A stretch of DNA of 54,034 nucleotides from Candidatus Woesearchaeota archaeon (GTDB taxonomy: Archaea > Nanobdellota > Nanobdellia > Woesearchaeales > WAPY01), in the NCBI GenBank assembly GCA_038825775.1, contig JAWBOW010000001.1:1-54034 (forward strand), read 5' to 3'. Under the pieces are notes generated by a model. That model worked only from the letters and a program-made list of their open reading frames with translations, was not told where the DNA came from and did no database searches. A program made the translations under genes and the position numbers. Within the stretch, counting starts at the first letter, position 1; every line of letters begins with the position of its first letter. Shown piece after piece: positions 1 to 8,500 of the stretch.

Positions 1-240
1 GCAAATGAATTTTGTGTTTCCAGGAACACTGACTGTGATTTTTTCAGCAGTTTCTGTTTTTTCAGAGATTTCTGAAATTCTAGATTTTAGGTTTGTATAA
101 AAATTAGTCATTTGAGCCCTTTCACCTGATTTTTTAAGAGAAGAAATTATTTTATAACCAATTAGCAATGTGAATATGACAACAAAAGCAATGAATGCTA
201 TTAAGAAAACCATTTGGACTTGTGCTTGTTTGCTTTTCAT
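1..240 (-). CDS. membrane-anchored hypothetical protein, N-terminal part only (gene runs off the left edge)
   Basis: ATG at 240 on the reverse strand, open for 80 codons to position 1. MKSKQAQVQ is followed by a ~20-residue hydrophobic stretch (MVFLIAFIAFVVIFTLLIGY), i.e. a signal anchor or possibly an archaeal pilin-like class III signal. Absent from the ORF track because there is no stop in the window. Confidence 0.55.
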   Translation of the reverse strand, partial: MKSKQAQVQMVFLIAFIAFVVIFTLLIGYKIISSLKKSGERAQMTNFYTNLKSRISEISEKTETAEKITVSVPGNTKFIC

Positions 241-351
241 AAAAAAAACAAAAAAATAACATTATATTTAAAGTTTTCTAAAAACTAAAAGCAAATTAAA
301 AAAACAAAAAATAGAAAAATTTTTAAATATTATAATTTTCTGAGTTTTGAC

Positions 352-984
352 ATGCCAGCAATACTAACATTTTTTAGAAAATTGTTCTGGAATATTTTCA
401 AGAAGAAAAAGCATCTTAAAATTGGAATTTATGGTCCTCCAAATGGTGGAAAAACAACTTTAGCAAATAGGATTTGCAGGGATTGGCTTGGAGAGGATAT
501 GGGAAAGGTTTCTAACATTGCTCACGAGACAAGAGAGATACAGATAAAGGAGGAAATACATATAAAATCAGGTAACAAAGAATTAAGCTTTAATTTAGTA
601 GATACTCCTGGAATTGCAACAAAGATTGATTATGAGGACTTTATAAAAGCTGGCATGAGTGAGGAAGAAGCTAAAAAGAGAGCTAAAGAGGCAACAAAGG
701 GAGTTATTGATGCTATAAAGTGGCTTGACGAGATGGATGTTGTGATTGTTGTTTTAGACGCAACAAAAGATCCTTACACACAAGTTAATTTGACAATTGT
801 TGGAAATTTAGAAGCAAGGAAGATTCCTGTTTTGTTAGTTGGCAATAAGATTGACTTAAAAAAGGCTAATCTCAAAAGATTAGAAGCTGCTTTTCCGCAA
901 TACAAGATTGTTGGAATTTCAGCAAAGTATGGAACTAATATTGACGAGTTTTATAAAGCTTTATTTGAGGTTGCTGGAAAATGA
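352..984 (+). CDS. small GTP-binding protein (archaeal Era/Arf-like GTPase)
   Basis: 210-aa ORF with G1 GPPNGGKT, G3 DTPG, G4 NKID and G5 SAK. Its stop overlaps the next start (ATGA at 981-984). Confidence 0.85.
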   Translation: MPAILTFFRKLFWNIFKKKKHLKIGIYGPPNGGKTTLANRICRDWLGEDMGKVSNIAHETREIQIKEEIHIKSGNKELSFNLVDTPGIATKIDYEDFIKAGMSEEEAKKRAKEATKGVIDAIKWLDEMDVVIVVLDATKDPYTQVNLTIVGNLEARKIPVLLVGNKIDLKKANLKRLEAAFPQYKIVGISAKYGTNIDEFYKALFEVAGK

Positions 985-1379
985 TAACAATAGAATTCGT
1001 CCCTTATTCAGAAATTGAGGGTTTGAGCTCAATAGGAAGAATTAGAAAACTATTAAAGATTGCAAAAGAAAACAAGATTGTTTTATTAGAAGGCAGACTA
1101 AAAAAGGAAGAAGAAGCTGAACTTATAAAGACAACAATGGAGGAGATTGATGACGAGTTTAAAGGAATTGAGTTGGCAGTTATTTATCCAGAAGAAGGTC
1201 AGCTAAATTTTATAAAAAAATTAAGATTGAATCTTGTTAATATTGTTTTGGGTTATAGGGCTGGTTTTACTGTTATTGGTCCTGCTTCTGTTGTTAAAGA
1301 AATAAAAAAGGATCCTAAGAGGATTGAACTCTTTACTGTTGATAAGCAAAAGAGTAAAAAGAAGAGTAAGAAAAAATAA
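981..1379 (+). CDS. hypothetical protein translationally coupled to the GTPase (recalls the archaeal DUF2073 family)
   Basis: 132-aa ORF whose start overlaps the GTPase stop; K-rich tail KSKKKSKKK. The family assignment is from memory of the conserved archaeal GTPase neighbourhood and is not verified. Confidence 0.7.
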   Translation: MITIEFVPYSEIEGLSSIGRIRKLLKIAKENKIVLLEGRLKKEEEAELIKTTMEEIDDEFKGIELAVIYPEEGQLNFIKKLRLNLVNIVLGYRAGFTVIGPASVVKEIKKDPKRIELFTVDKQKSKKKSKKK

Positions 1380-1406
1380 TCTTAAAAAAAATAAAAAAAT
1401 TCTTTT

Positions 1407-1793
1407 ATGCCACACCAATGCGTTCGTTGCGGAAAGATTTATGATGATGGAGCCCAAGAAATACTTATTGGGTGTTCTTGTGGTGGGAGGTTATTCTTTT
1501 ACATAAAAAAGGAAAAATTAGCACAGCTTAAAAAATCAATTTCAAAACTCACTCCTGTTGAGAAGCAAGAAATAGAAAAGGATGTTTTAGAATTAATAGG
1601 AGCTTCTGAACAGGAAAGTGAAGAACCAATAGTTCTTGATTTTGAGAGCATCAGGGTTTTAAAGCCAGGAAAGTACGAACTTGATTTGGTTCAAATTTTT
1701 AAGAAAAAACCATTAATTTACAAAGTTGGTGATGGAAAATACTATATTGATTTGGCAGCAAGCTTTGAATTCAGCAGGAAGAGAAAGAAATAA
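1407..1793 (+). CDS. Zn-ribbon protein (recalls the archaeal DUF2072 family)
   Basis: 128 aa with N-terminal CVRCGKIY...GCSCGGRLF (CxxC...CxC). Third gene of the same-strand triad. Confidence 0.7.
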   Translation: MPHQCVRCGKIYDDGAQEILIGCSCGGRLFFYIKKEKLAQLKKSISKLTPVEKQEIEKDVLELIGASEQESEEPIVLDFESIRVLKPGKYELDLVQIFKKKPLIYKVGDGKYYIDLAASFEFSRKRKK

Positions 1794-1809
1794 AAAACAT
1801 AAAAGAATT

Positions 1810-3060
1810 TTATTCCTTAACAAGTTCTTTAACAGATTTTTTGATTTCCTTTAGAAAAGAATTTAACTCTTTTAAGAAATCAGTATTCTTTCTTGACTTC
1901 TTTTCAAGAATAGCACTTTCATAAACAGACAAGAGTTTCTTAGTGCATTCTTCTATAGAATACTTTTGTGATGTTTTATAAGCATTTAAAACAATCTTCT
2001 TTCTCAAATTATCATCTTTTATTAACAACTCTGTTTTTCTTATAAAATCAGAGTCGTTCTTTGCAACCAAACCATTATGAAAGTCAATCATAAAATCAAG
2101 GGTTCCAAAATTTCTGAAACAAACAACAGGGGTTCCTGAAGCCATTGATTCAAGAATTGTTAGTCCTTGAGCTTCTTGCTTTGATGGTGTTATAAAAATA
2201 TCTGCTGCTTTGTAATAAGGGATTAGTTTTTTATAGTCCTCTGTTGCAGGATAAATTCTTATTTTGTTTTGCAAATTATTTTTTAAGATTTCATCCTCTA
2301 AAAATTCTTTCTCTGGGCCAGAACCTACTAATATTAAAAAAACATTCTTTGTTTTTATGCTCTTCATCAACTTTAAGAGTAAAGGAAGATTTTTTTCTTT
2401 TGCCAACCTACCTGCATACAAGAGTATTTTTGTTTTGTTGAAATCTCTCTTTTTGACATGAAAATCTTTAAGTATTTTTTTCCTAAGCAAAACTGCTTTT
2501 TTATTATATTTTTTTAGAGAAAACTCTTTTAAGTTTATGCCGTTAGGTATTAAAACAATTGGTTTTGAAAGCTTCATTCTTGAGAAATGAATCTGCATTT
2601 TTCTTGAGGGAACAATAATGTAATCACAAAATTCTAAAAAGGATTTTATGTAAGTTCTTATTAGATTCTTGCTGATTTTTGGGAACAAATTTAAGTAAAT
2701 GTTGTAGTCCTCATAGTTTGAGTGTGCTGTAAAAACTATTGGTTTTTTATAGAATCTTGCAACGTATAATGCTGTTAAGCCAGTATTTACTGGATGATTA
2801 GCGTGTATTATATCCAATTTTTTACAAATCCTTAATTTTGGGCTTATTATTGGAAATGTTATAGAAAAGTCAGTGTTAAATATTTTTAGCCCATTAAATC
2901 TCACTATGTTTTTCTCCCTGTCAATGTAATTATTATGTTTTGGTGTGAAAACATAAACCTTGTGATTTTTTTCTTCTAATGCCTGCTTAAATGTTATTAT
3001 TGAGGTTACAACACCTGATTTTACTGGCTTGTATGTTTCTGTAAAAAAACCTATTCTCAT
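1810..3060 (-). CDS. glycosyltransferase, GT4 family (GT-B fold)
   Basis: Signature region KQEAQGLTILESMASGTPVV. Start moved from the track GTG at 3069 to the ATG at 3060, because that GTG is part of the SD (GTGGTTTTTATG). Confidence 0.85.
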   Translation of the reverse strand: MRIGFFTETYKPVKSGVVTSIITFKQALEEKNHKVYVFTPKHNNYIDREKNIVRFNGLKIFNTDFSITFPIISPKLRICKKLDIIHANHPVNTGLTALYVARFYKKPIVFTAHSNYEDYNIYLNLFPKISKNLIRTYIKSFLEFCDYIIVPSRKMQIHFSRMKLSKPIVLIPNGINLKEFSLKKYNKKAVLLRKKILKDFHVKKRDFNKTKILLYAGRLAKEKNLPLLLKLMKSIKTKNVFLILVGSGPEKEFLEDEILKNNLQNKIRIYPATEDYKKLIPYYKAADIFITPSKQEAQGLTILESMASGTPVVCFRNFGTLDFMIDFHNGLVAKNDSDFIRKTELLIKDDNLRKKIVLNAYKTSQKYSIEECTKKLLSVYESAILEKKSRKNTDFLKELNSFLKEIKKSVKELVKE

Positions 3061-3083
3061 AAAAACCACTTATAAATATCAAA

Positions 3084-4424
3084 TTATTTTTTGCTATATT
3101 CTAATCCTGATTTTTTAGCTGTTTTTAAAATTTCCTCTTTGGTTATGGGGTTTTTCTCTGGAGAATTTATTATCATTGAAAGTTTGTAAATATAATCCAC
3201 AAAGTTAGGAACTCTTAAAAGATTATAAAAACTATGCTTTAACGCCATAAGTCCTTTAAAACCAACATCTCCGACTGCTCCGTAAAATTGTGTTCTGTCA
3301 AAAATATTCTTGAAAGTGTTGTTCCATTGCTCAACACTCAAAATATCAGGGCCCAATGCTGAGAACCTTCCAATCCTTGCAGTTTTTGGAATATCCAATC
3401 TTAAAAGTTTTTTCAGGTGAGAATGTGCCTTGTATGTTGAAATAGTGTCAGGCCAAGGAATCCAATAAGGAAGCATTCTTGAGAGTTGAGCTGCTGTTGC
3501 TGAGTAAGCCCAAAAGTTCTCTATCAAAAAACCATTCAGTTTTGGTTTAAAGGCATTATAAAACAACATGGAAGAGAATAAACTTAACTCCATTATGTGT
3601 TTTGAAGTTATCCTGTAAAAATTATATCCGTTGTTGTTGCAGAAATCCCTTATTGAGTCACCAAATTCTTTTGAAGAGCCCCATTCAGAATCATATTTTA
3701 ATCTTTTCTCAGAGCTCAAGCGCCAAACAACCTTATCAACTATTGTTGATAACCTCTCAGAAACACCTTGGTATTCCTCAAAACTTAGCCCACCATAACC
3801 TCCTAACTGAAGCCAAACATTTTCACAAATAAAATGCCATGGCCAAGGTTGTTTGTTCTCAAAATAAATTATTGTTCCTTCTTTGTTCAAAAAATCATTT
3901 ATGATAGTTGAATAAGTGTTGTTTATTTCCAAGAATTTTGTCCTGAAAACAAGATAATGCTTTAACAAAGCCCTATCATGAATTGGGTCGTAATGTAAAA
4001 CAATGTCAATGTTTTTGTTTTTCTTTAATATTAACTTGCCTATTTTTTCGCAAGTGTTCATATAATCTCTTATGTTGTCAATTTTCATGAATTTTAATGT
4101 TGCCTTAATTAGTGTTGTGTGAGTGGGCAAGAATATTGTATTTAAAGTTGAACTTATATCAGCTAACGCTCCAGAACCAGGTCCTATTAGCAAATAATCA
4201 AATCTTTTTTGTTTTAGAAAATTAATGTCAGAAAGCATTTTTTTTGAGAGTTTTTCTATGCTTATCTTTGAAATTCTTGAGTTTGAATAATACAAAAAAT
4301 CTCCTGGAAGAAAAGAACTCGCTATTCTTGGAATTGGAGATGCCTTATCCTTAAATTGGTTTGCTATGCATGACTCAAAAAAGAATGACGAGCTCTCAAC
4401 AGGTATTTTTGGGTACAAAACCAA
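3084..4424 (-). CDS. hypothetical protein, 446 aa, no family recognised
   Basis: Long ORF with a TTG start preceded by GGGGTG five nt upstream. Lies 23 nt upstream of the GT4 gene on the same strand, so probably co-transcribed. Confidence 0.7.
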   Translation of the reverse strand: MVLYPKIPVESSSFFFESCIANQFKDKASPIPRIASSFLPGDFLYYSNSRISKISIEKLSKKMLSDINFLKQKRFDYLLIGPGSGALADISSTLNTIFLPTHTTLIKATLKFMKIDNIRDYMNTCEKIGKLILKKNKNIDIVLHYDPIHDRALLKHYLVFRTKFLEINNTYSTIINDFLNKEGTIIYFENKQPWPWHFICENVWLQLGGYGGLSFEEYQGVSERLSTIVDKVVWRLSSEKRLKYDSEWGSSKEFGDSIRDFCNNNGYNFYRITSKHIMELSLFSSMLFYNAFKPKLNGFLIENFWAYSATAAQLSRMLPYWIPWPDTISTYKAHSHLKKLLRLDIPKTARIGRFSALGPDILSVEQWNNTFKNIFDRTQFYGAVGDVGFKGLMALKHSFYNLLRVPNFVDYIYKLSMIINSPEKNPITKEEILKTAKKSGLEYSKK

Positions 4425-4499
4425 TTCTTCACCCCTTTTTTAGTTCTTAAATCTTTGTTAAATTAAAATGTTTTTAAAATTATCTTTTTTTAACAAAAA

Positions 4500-5696
4500 T
4501 TATTTATCAGCAATAATTTGGATTATGTCTCTGTGTTTTAAAACATGATCTCTTCCAATAACCATCTTTGTTCTCAAATCAATAGCCCTTACAAAATTCT
4601 CTCCAAATGAAGTGTGAACTTTGTATGCAAAATCAAGAGCTGTTGTTCCTTCTTGAACTAAGAAGCAGTCAGGCAAAACATTTCCTTGAGAATCCTCAAG
4701 CTTTGAATTTGCTACTGGAAAAACAGCAATCTGTTTTAAAACATTAAAAACAACATAATCAACAACTTGTTGAACTCCAGTATTTCCAAACCTTTTAAGA
4801 ACATTTTGTCTAATAAAGTCAAGGGCTGCTAATTGCTTTTCACTAAGTTTTTCAGGATTTATAATCTTAAAATCACTATCACCTGGAATATATTCTATTA
4901 GTCCGTGATTAGCTGCTTCTCTCAAAGCAAGTTCTGATTCTGCAGAACAAGGTATTATGGTAGTGTTTGGAAAACTCTCCTTTATTCTTTTTATGTTTTC
5001 CTCAGCGTTCTTACAATCTGCCTTGTTAGCTGCAATTATTATTGGCTTTGTCCTCTTTCTTAGCATTTTTGTAAATTCGAACAAATCAGAGTCTGTCCAT
5101 TTTAACAAATCATGATCTAAGTTTAAGGATTCCATTACTGATTTAACATCATGTTCTGTTATTTTCAAACCTGAAAATTGTTTTGCTATTTCCTTAAACG
5201 CTTCTCTTCTCTCCAAATGAACTTTCTTGCTAAAACTCTCCCAAGAACGCTTTAATATTTGTAAATACCACAAATCAATCTCTTCTTCTAAAAAAATAAC
5301 ATCTTTTACAGGATCATAACTTCCTAGAGTTACTGGTTCTCCATTCTCGTTAGTAGAGCCAGAAATATCAACAACATGAATCAAAGCATCTGCCTGTCTT
5401 AAATCGTCCAAGAATTGGTTTCCCATACCTTTACCTTTATGAGCTCCTGGAACCAGGCCAGCAACATCTAAAACTTCAAAAGGAACAAACCTGTAATTTC
5501 CGAGCACAAAACCTGACTTTGGTTTTTCAACAACATTAAATTCTTTACCAACTGATTCTACCCTAACATATGCTATTCCATGATTTGGTTTTAAAGTTGT
5601 GAAGGGATAGTTCGCTATTTCAACATTAATAAGTGTTAGTGCTTTAAAGAAGGTTGATTTTCCAACATTTGCCTTTCCAACAATACCCACAAGCAT
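4500..5696 (-). CDS. Obg-like GTPase/ATPase, YchF/Ygr210 subfamily, with a C-terminal TGS domain
   Basis: G1 GKANVGKST, G3 DVAGLV, G4 NKAD, plus a TGS-like C-terminus (ALDFAYKVHTSFGENFVRAID...RDIIQI). Confidence 0.85.
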   Translation of the reverse strand: MLVGIVGKANVGKSTFFKALTLINVEIANYPFTTLKPNHGIAYVRVESVGKEFNVVEKPKSGFVLGNYRFVPFEVLDVAGLVPGAHKGKGMGNQFLDDLRQADALIHVVDISGSTNENGEPVTLGSYDPVKDVIFLEEEIDLWYLQILKRSWESFSKKVHLERREAFKEIAKQFSGLKITEHDVKSVMESLNLDHDLLKWTDSDLFEFTKMLRKRTKPIIIAANKADCKNAEENIKRIKESFPNTTIIPCSAESELALREAANHGLIEYIPGDSDFKIINPEKLSEKQLAALDFIRQNVLKRFGNTGVQQVVDYVVFNVLKQIAVFPVANSKLEDSQGNVLPDCFLVQEGTTALDFAYKVHTSFGENFVRAIDLRTKMVIGRDHVLKHRDIIQIIADK

Positions 5697-5740
5697 AATC
5701 TAATTTTTGATTAGTGAGTATAAAAATGTTTCCAAAGTTT

Positions 5741-6110
5741 TTATGATAATTCAAGCAAAATTAATGCGATTATCCTAAGAATTATGCTTTATTATTTGTA
5801 ATGTTGAAAGTGCTTCTTTAAAATAAAACAAGCTCACAATTGAAAGCAGTGTTGTGTTTAAAATAATCATCATTAGACTGGCAACAGCGATGTTCTTGTA
5901 CTCTTGTACTTATAACTGTATGCTAAAAAAACCAATCCTATAAGATATTACGAATAATCCCAAAACAAAAATCCAGGAGTTCTTGCTTAGAACCCATTTT
6001 TTCATTATAATATCTGCAATGGTTTGTATAAAAGCTCCATTAGTATTATAATGATTGCTAGTTCCATACGAGTGTTTCTTGGAAGGGTTTTTTATAAATT
6101 TTTGTGTCAA
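5741..6110 (-). pseudogene. decayed SMR/DMT-type small multidrug transporter gene (in-frame TAA plus a probable frameshift)
   Basis: The track ORF 5910..6110 and the in-frame continuation after its TAA align by eye, colinearly over ~85 residues, with EmrE-like SMR proteins (..AFIQTIADIIMKK.. / ..NIAVASLMMIILNTTLLSIVSLFYFKEALSTLQII..). The essential TM1 Glu position is Gln. The last TM (IILRIIALILLELS) is only readable after a -1/+1 shift. Confidence 0.35.
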
Positions 6111-6230
6111 AAAAAGAATTTTAACAAAAAAAGTTGTTTAATTTTTTAAAATTGGACTTTAAATATTTTTGTATCTTATTAGTGGTAACAAAACGAAAGA
6201 TTTATATAATTATTAGATTTACTTATTATT

Positions 6231-7178
6231 ATGAGCAAGAGAATATTAGATTTGGACAATCAATATTTTATAACAAAATTATTACAAGAAGAAAATATAA
6301 CCGTAATAGAAGAAATTTTAGAAAAGGAGATTAAAAAATTTGAAAGATTAAAAAATCTTAAAGAGCAAGGAAAATTAGATTTTGGTGAAAAGTTTGATTT
6401 GGAAAGAATAGTAGAGGATATCTTTCCAAAAGTTGCCAAAAAAGTAAATGAATTCTTAGAAGTTGATAATATAAAACTGCCAAAGGTTAAATATTTCAGC
6501 ATAATAAAACCAGGATTACTTGAAAGTGTTTTTTTAGCACTTTGTTTTTCATGTGGTTTTTATATTGTTTCAGACATAAACAATCTTTTAAAATGGAAAG
6601 ATTCTGAATATGTTTTAGATCTTAGTATTCAAGTGATGAGTCTTTATTTATTATCAAAATTTTATAATAACATAAAAAGTTCGTCATATAACAAACTAGA
6701 AAAAAAGATTACTTTAGAAAAAGAAGAATACACAAAGATTGTTACTGTTTTAGCCCATGAATATACACATCACATACAAAATAATAAATTAAGAGATCAT
6801 TTTAAAAAAGTAATGCCAACAAAGTACATTGCATTTTTAGAAGGCCACGCAAGAGGCGTTGAAAGGTTTATTGCAAAAGAATATTCTGAAAATGAAAATA
6901 ACTATGCCTTTTGGTATAATGTTTTAGACAGAGTTGTTGGCGAGCTTAAATGTGTTTATAAATGGTTATGTATTAATTTTGAAAAAGAACCAAAAGAAAT
7001 TTTATTGAACACCGAAACAAGTATAGACGAAAGGTTAGATTTTAGATTAAAAAGACATAAGAAACCATCATACCATGCTATTGGAAATTCTTTGTTTTTA
7101 ATATACGAATTAAAGCATGGAAATGATGTTTATAAGAAAATAATTAAAGGTGATTTGGAATTTTTGGAATCAGATTAA
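6231..7178 (+). CDS. hypothetical protein with a zincin-like motif (putative MA-clan metallopeptidase-like)
   Basis: 315 aa. LAHEYTHHIQ (HExxH) is followed by FLEGHARGVERF (an EGxA-type third-ligand region). Confidence 0.65.
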   Translation: MSKRILDLDNQYFITKLLQEENITVIEEILEKEIKKFERLKNLKEQGKLDFGEKFDLERIVEDIFPKVAKKVNEFLEVDNIKLPKVKYFSIIKPGLLESVFLALCFSCGFYIVSDINNLLKWKDSEYVLDLSIQVMSLYLLSKFYNNIKSSSYNKLEKKITLEKEEYTKIVTVLAHEYTHHIQNNKLRDHFKKVMPTKYIAFLEGHARGVERFIAKEYSENENNYAFWYNVLDRVVGELKCVYKWLCINFEKEPKEILLNTETSIDERLDFRLKRHKKPSYHAIGNSLFLIYELKHGNDVYKKIIKGDLEFLESD

Positions 7179-7330
7179 AATCGATAATTTTATTTCATAA
7201 TTTCGTAAAGAATTTTTCGTAAACAATTTCGAACTTATAACTAAATAAAAAAAATAATAAAAAATAAAAAGTTTAGAACATTTTGTTTCTCTATGTTTTT
7301 ATTGTTTTTTAAAGTCAGTTTTAAAGTCAC

Positions 7331-7456
7331 TTACCAATCCTCGTCTGACTCGTCAAAATCATCGCTGTCTTCGTCATAGTCTTCGTCGTCTTCCCAATCC
7401 ATATCGTCATAATCTTCATCTTCTTCATCCTTTAACTTTAATGTCCAATCTCTCAT
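7331..7456 (-). CDS. 41-aa hyper-acidic peptide (MRDWTLKLKDEEDEDYDDMDWEDDEDYDEDSDDFDESDEDW)
   Basis: Strong SD GGAGGTGG six nt before the ATG at 7456 and a TATA-like box at 7497-7504. The track's longer 69-aa version starts in A/T-rich DNA without an SD. 25 of 41 residues are D/E, with regularly spaced W/Y/F. Confidence 0.65.
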   Translation of the reverse strand: MRDWTLKLKDEEDEDYDDMDWEDDEDYDEDSDDFDESDEDW

Positions 7457-7490
7457 GGAGTCCACCTCCTTGTGTGCTCTGACAAGATAT

Positions 7491-7505
7491 AGGTTATATT
7501 TAAAT
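7491..7505 (-). promoter_or_regulatory. TATA-box promoter element ATTTAAATATAACCT (identical 15-mer also at 16495-16509)
   Basis: Archaeal TATA consensus TTTAWATA, about 40-48 nt upstream of the acidic-peptide ATG. The 15-mer is identical to the one upstream of the CxxC mini-protein gene. Confidence 0.55.
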
Positions 7506-7536
7506 ATTTCGTTAAAAAATGATATGAGAGGTTTTT

Positions 7537-8394
7537 TCATACAAAATTTTTTGTTTTTAGTATTTTAAGATCGTATTTTAATGAAAGCTCTTCAGAGATT
7601 TCATAAACCATTTCCTTAAAATTGCCAAGCCCCTTCCAATCAAGTATGACACTTTTAGGGTTGGGAATTGTTTTTTTATAAGCCTGTTCTAAAATATCAA
7701 AGTTAAGTTCTTTAAGATTATACTTAGCACAAACGTGGCCCAAAGCAATATTAGTATTTAAAAGAATTTTTTTGAAATTAGGCATCGTGTGCAAACCGCC
7801 AACACCTATCGCTGAATCATAATCAAAATTATTTCTTAATAAGGTATTCATTAATGCCTTGGCAACAATAATACCTGCTTCTTTATTAACCCATTCTTCA
7901 TCAGTCGAACCTATCTCTATGAAAAAAACAGGTTTTTTAACAAATGGGCCGTGATGGGTTACTTCCTGAACAACATCATATCCTATTGTGTTTAATGAGT
8001 CTAATTCCCTAACTGCTTGCTTTATATAAAAAGAAGGTGCTATGCAGAGTTCCCTCTCAAAACCACCAAGATCAGCTTTTCCAAAATTCCCAGGAGCGTG
8101 GGCTGTTAAACTCGGTATTTTTGATTCTGATTTGTGTTTTGTTGCAAAAACTATAAGTTCTGAGTTAATTTCATCATCAATGTTGTCAGCATAAACACAA
8201 TCCTTCTCTATTGTATATAATGAAATTCTAAAACCATTATTCTCTAATAAAAAAGTTTTTTCATTATGGAAAATTTCGTATTCTGAAAAATCAAAGTTGT
8301 CAAGCAAAGCCCTTTTAATATTTAAACCAGCAGGGTCTTTTTTTGAAACAACAATTCCAACATTCCTAAAAACATTCTCTTGCTTAAAAACCAT
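7537..8394 (-). CDS. dtdA: D-aminoacyl-tRNA deacylase, archaeal type (DTD2/DtdA)
   Basis: Colinear by eye with Pyrococcus-type DtdA: FATKHKSESKIPSLTAHAPGNFGKA, EVTHHGP, FFIEIGSTDEEW, GVGGLHTMPNF, LGHVCAKY, LDWKG. Confidence 0.9.
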   Translation of the reverse strand: MVFKQENVFRNVGIVVSKKDPAGLNIKRALLDNFDFSEYEIFHNEKTFLLENNGFRISLYTIEKDCVYADNIDDEINSELIVFATKHKSESKIPSLTAHAPGNFGKADLGGFERELCIAPSFYIKQAVRELDSLNTIGYDVVQEVTHHGPFVKKPVFFIEIGSTDEEWVNKEAGIIVAKALMNTLLRNNFDYDSAIGVGGLHTMPNFKKILLNTNIALGHVCAKYNLKELNFDILEQAYKKTIPNPKSVILDWKGLGNFKEMVYEISEELSLKYDLKILKTKNFV

Positions 8395-8500
8395 AATTTT
8401 TAATAAGTAAAGGAATTATTTTATATGTTTTTTGTTTGTTTAAACCAAATAAAAATAAATTTACAAAAATTTTTAAATACAAAACAAAAAAGGTTTTTTC

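Noticed and set aside
1221-1506. Track ORFs 1221..1457 (minus) and 1324..1506 (plus), overlapping the DUF2073-like gene end and the Zn-ribbon gene start.
   Set aside because: They overlap the better-supported, coupled plus-strand genes and translate to low-complexity sequence.
7179-7330. Three AATTTCG(T/A)AA-like direct repeats in the convergent spacer after the HExxH gene.
   Set aside because: They are very short and degenerate, in A/T-rich terminator DNA. This is compatible with chance, and no associated gene suggests a function.
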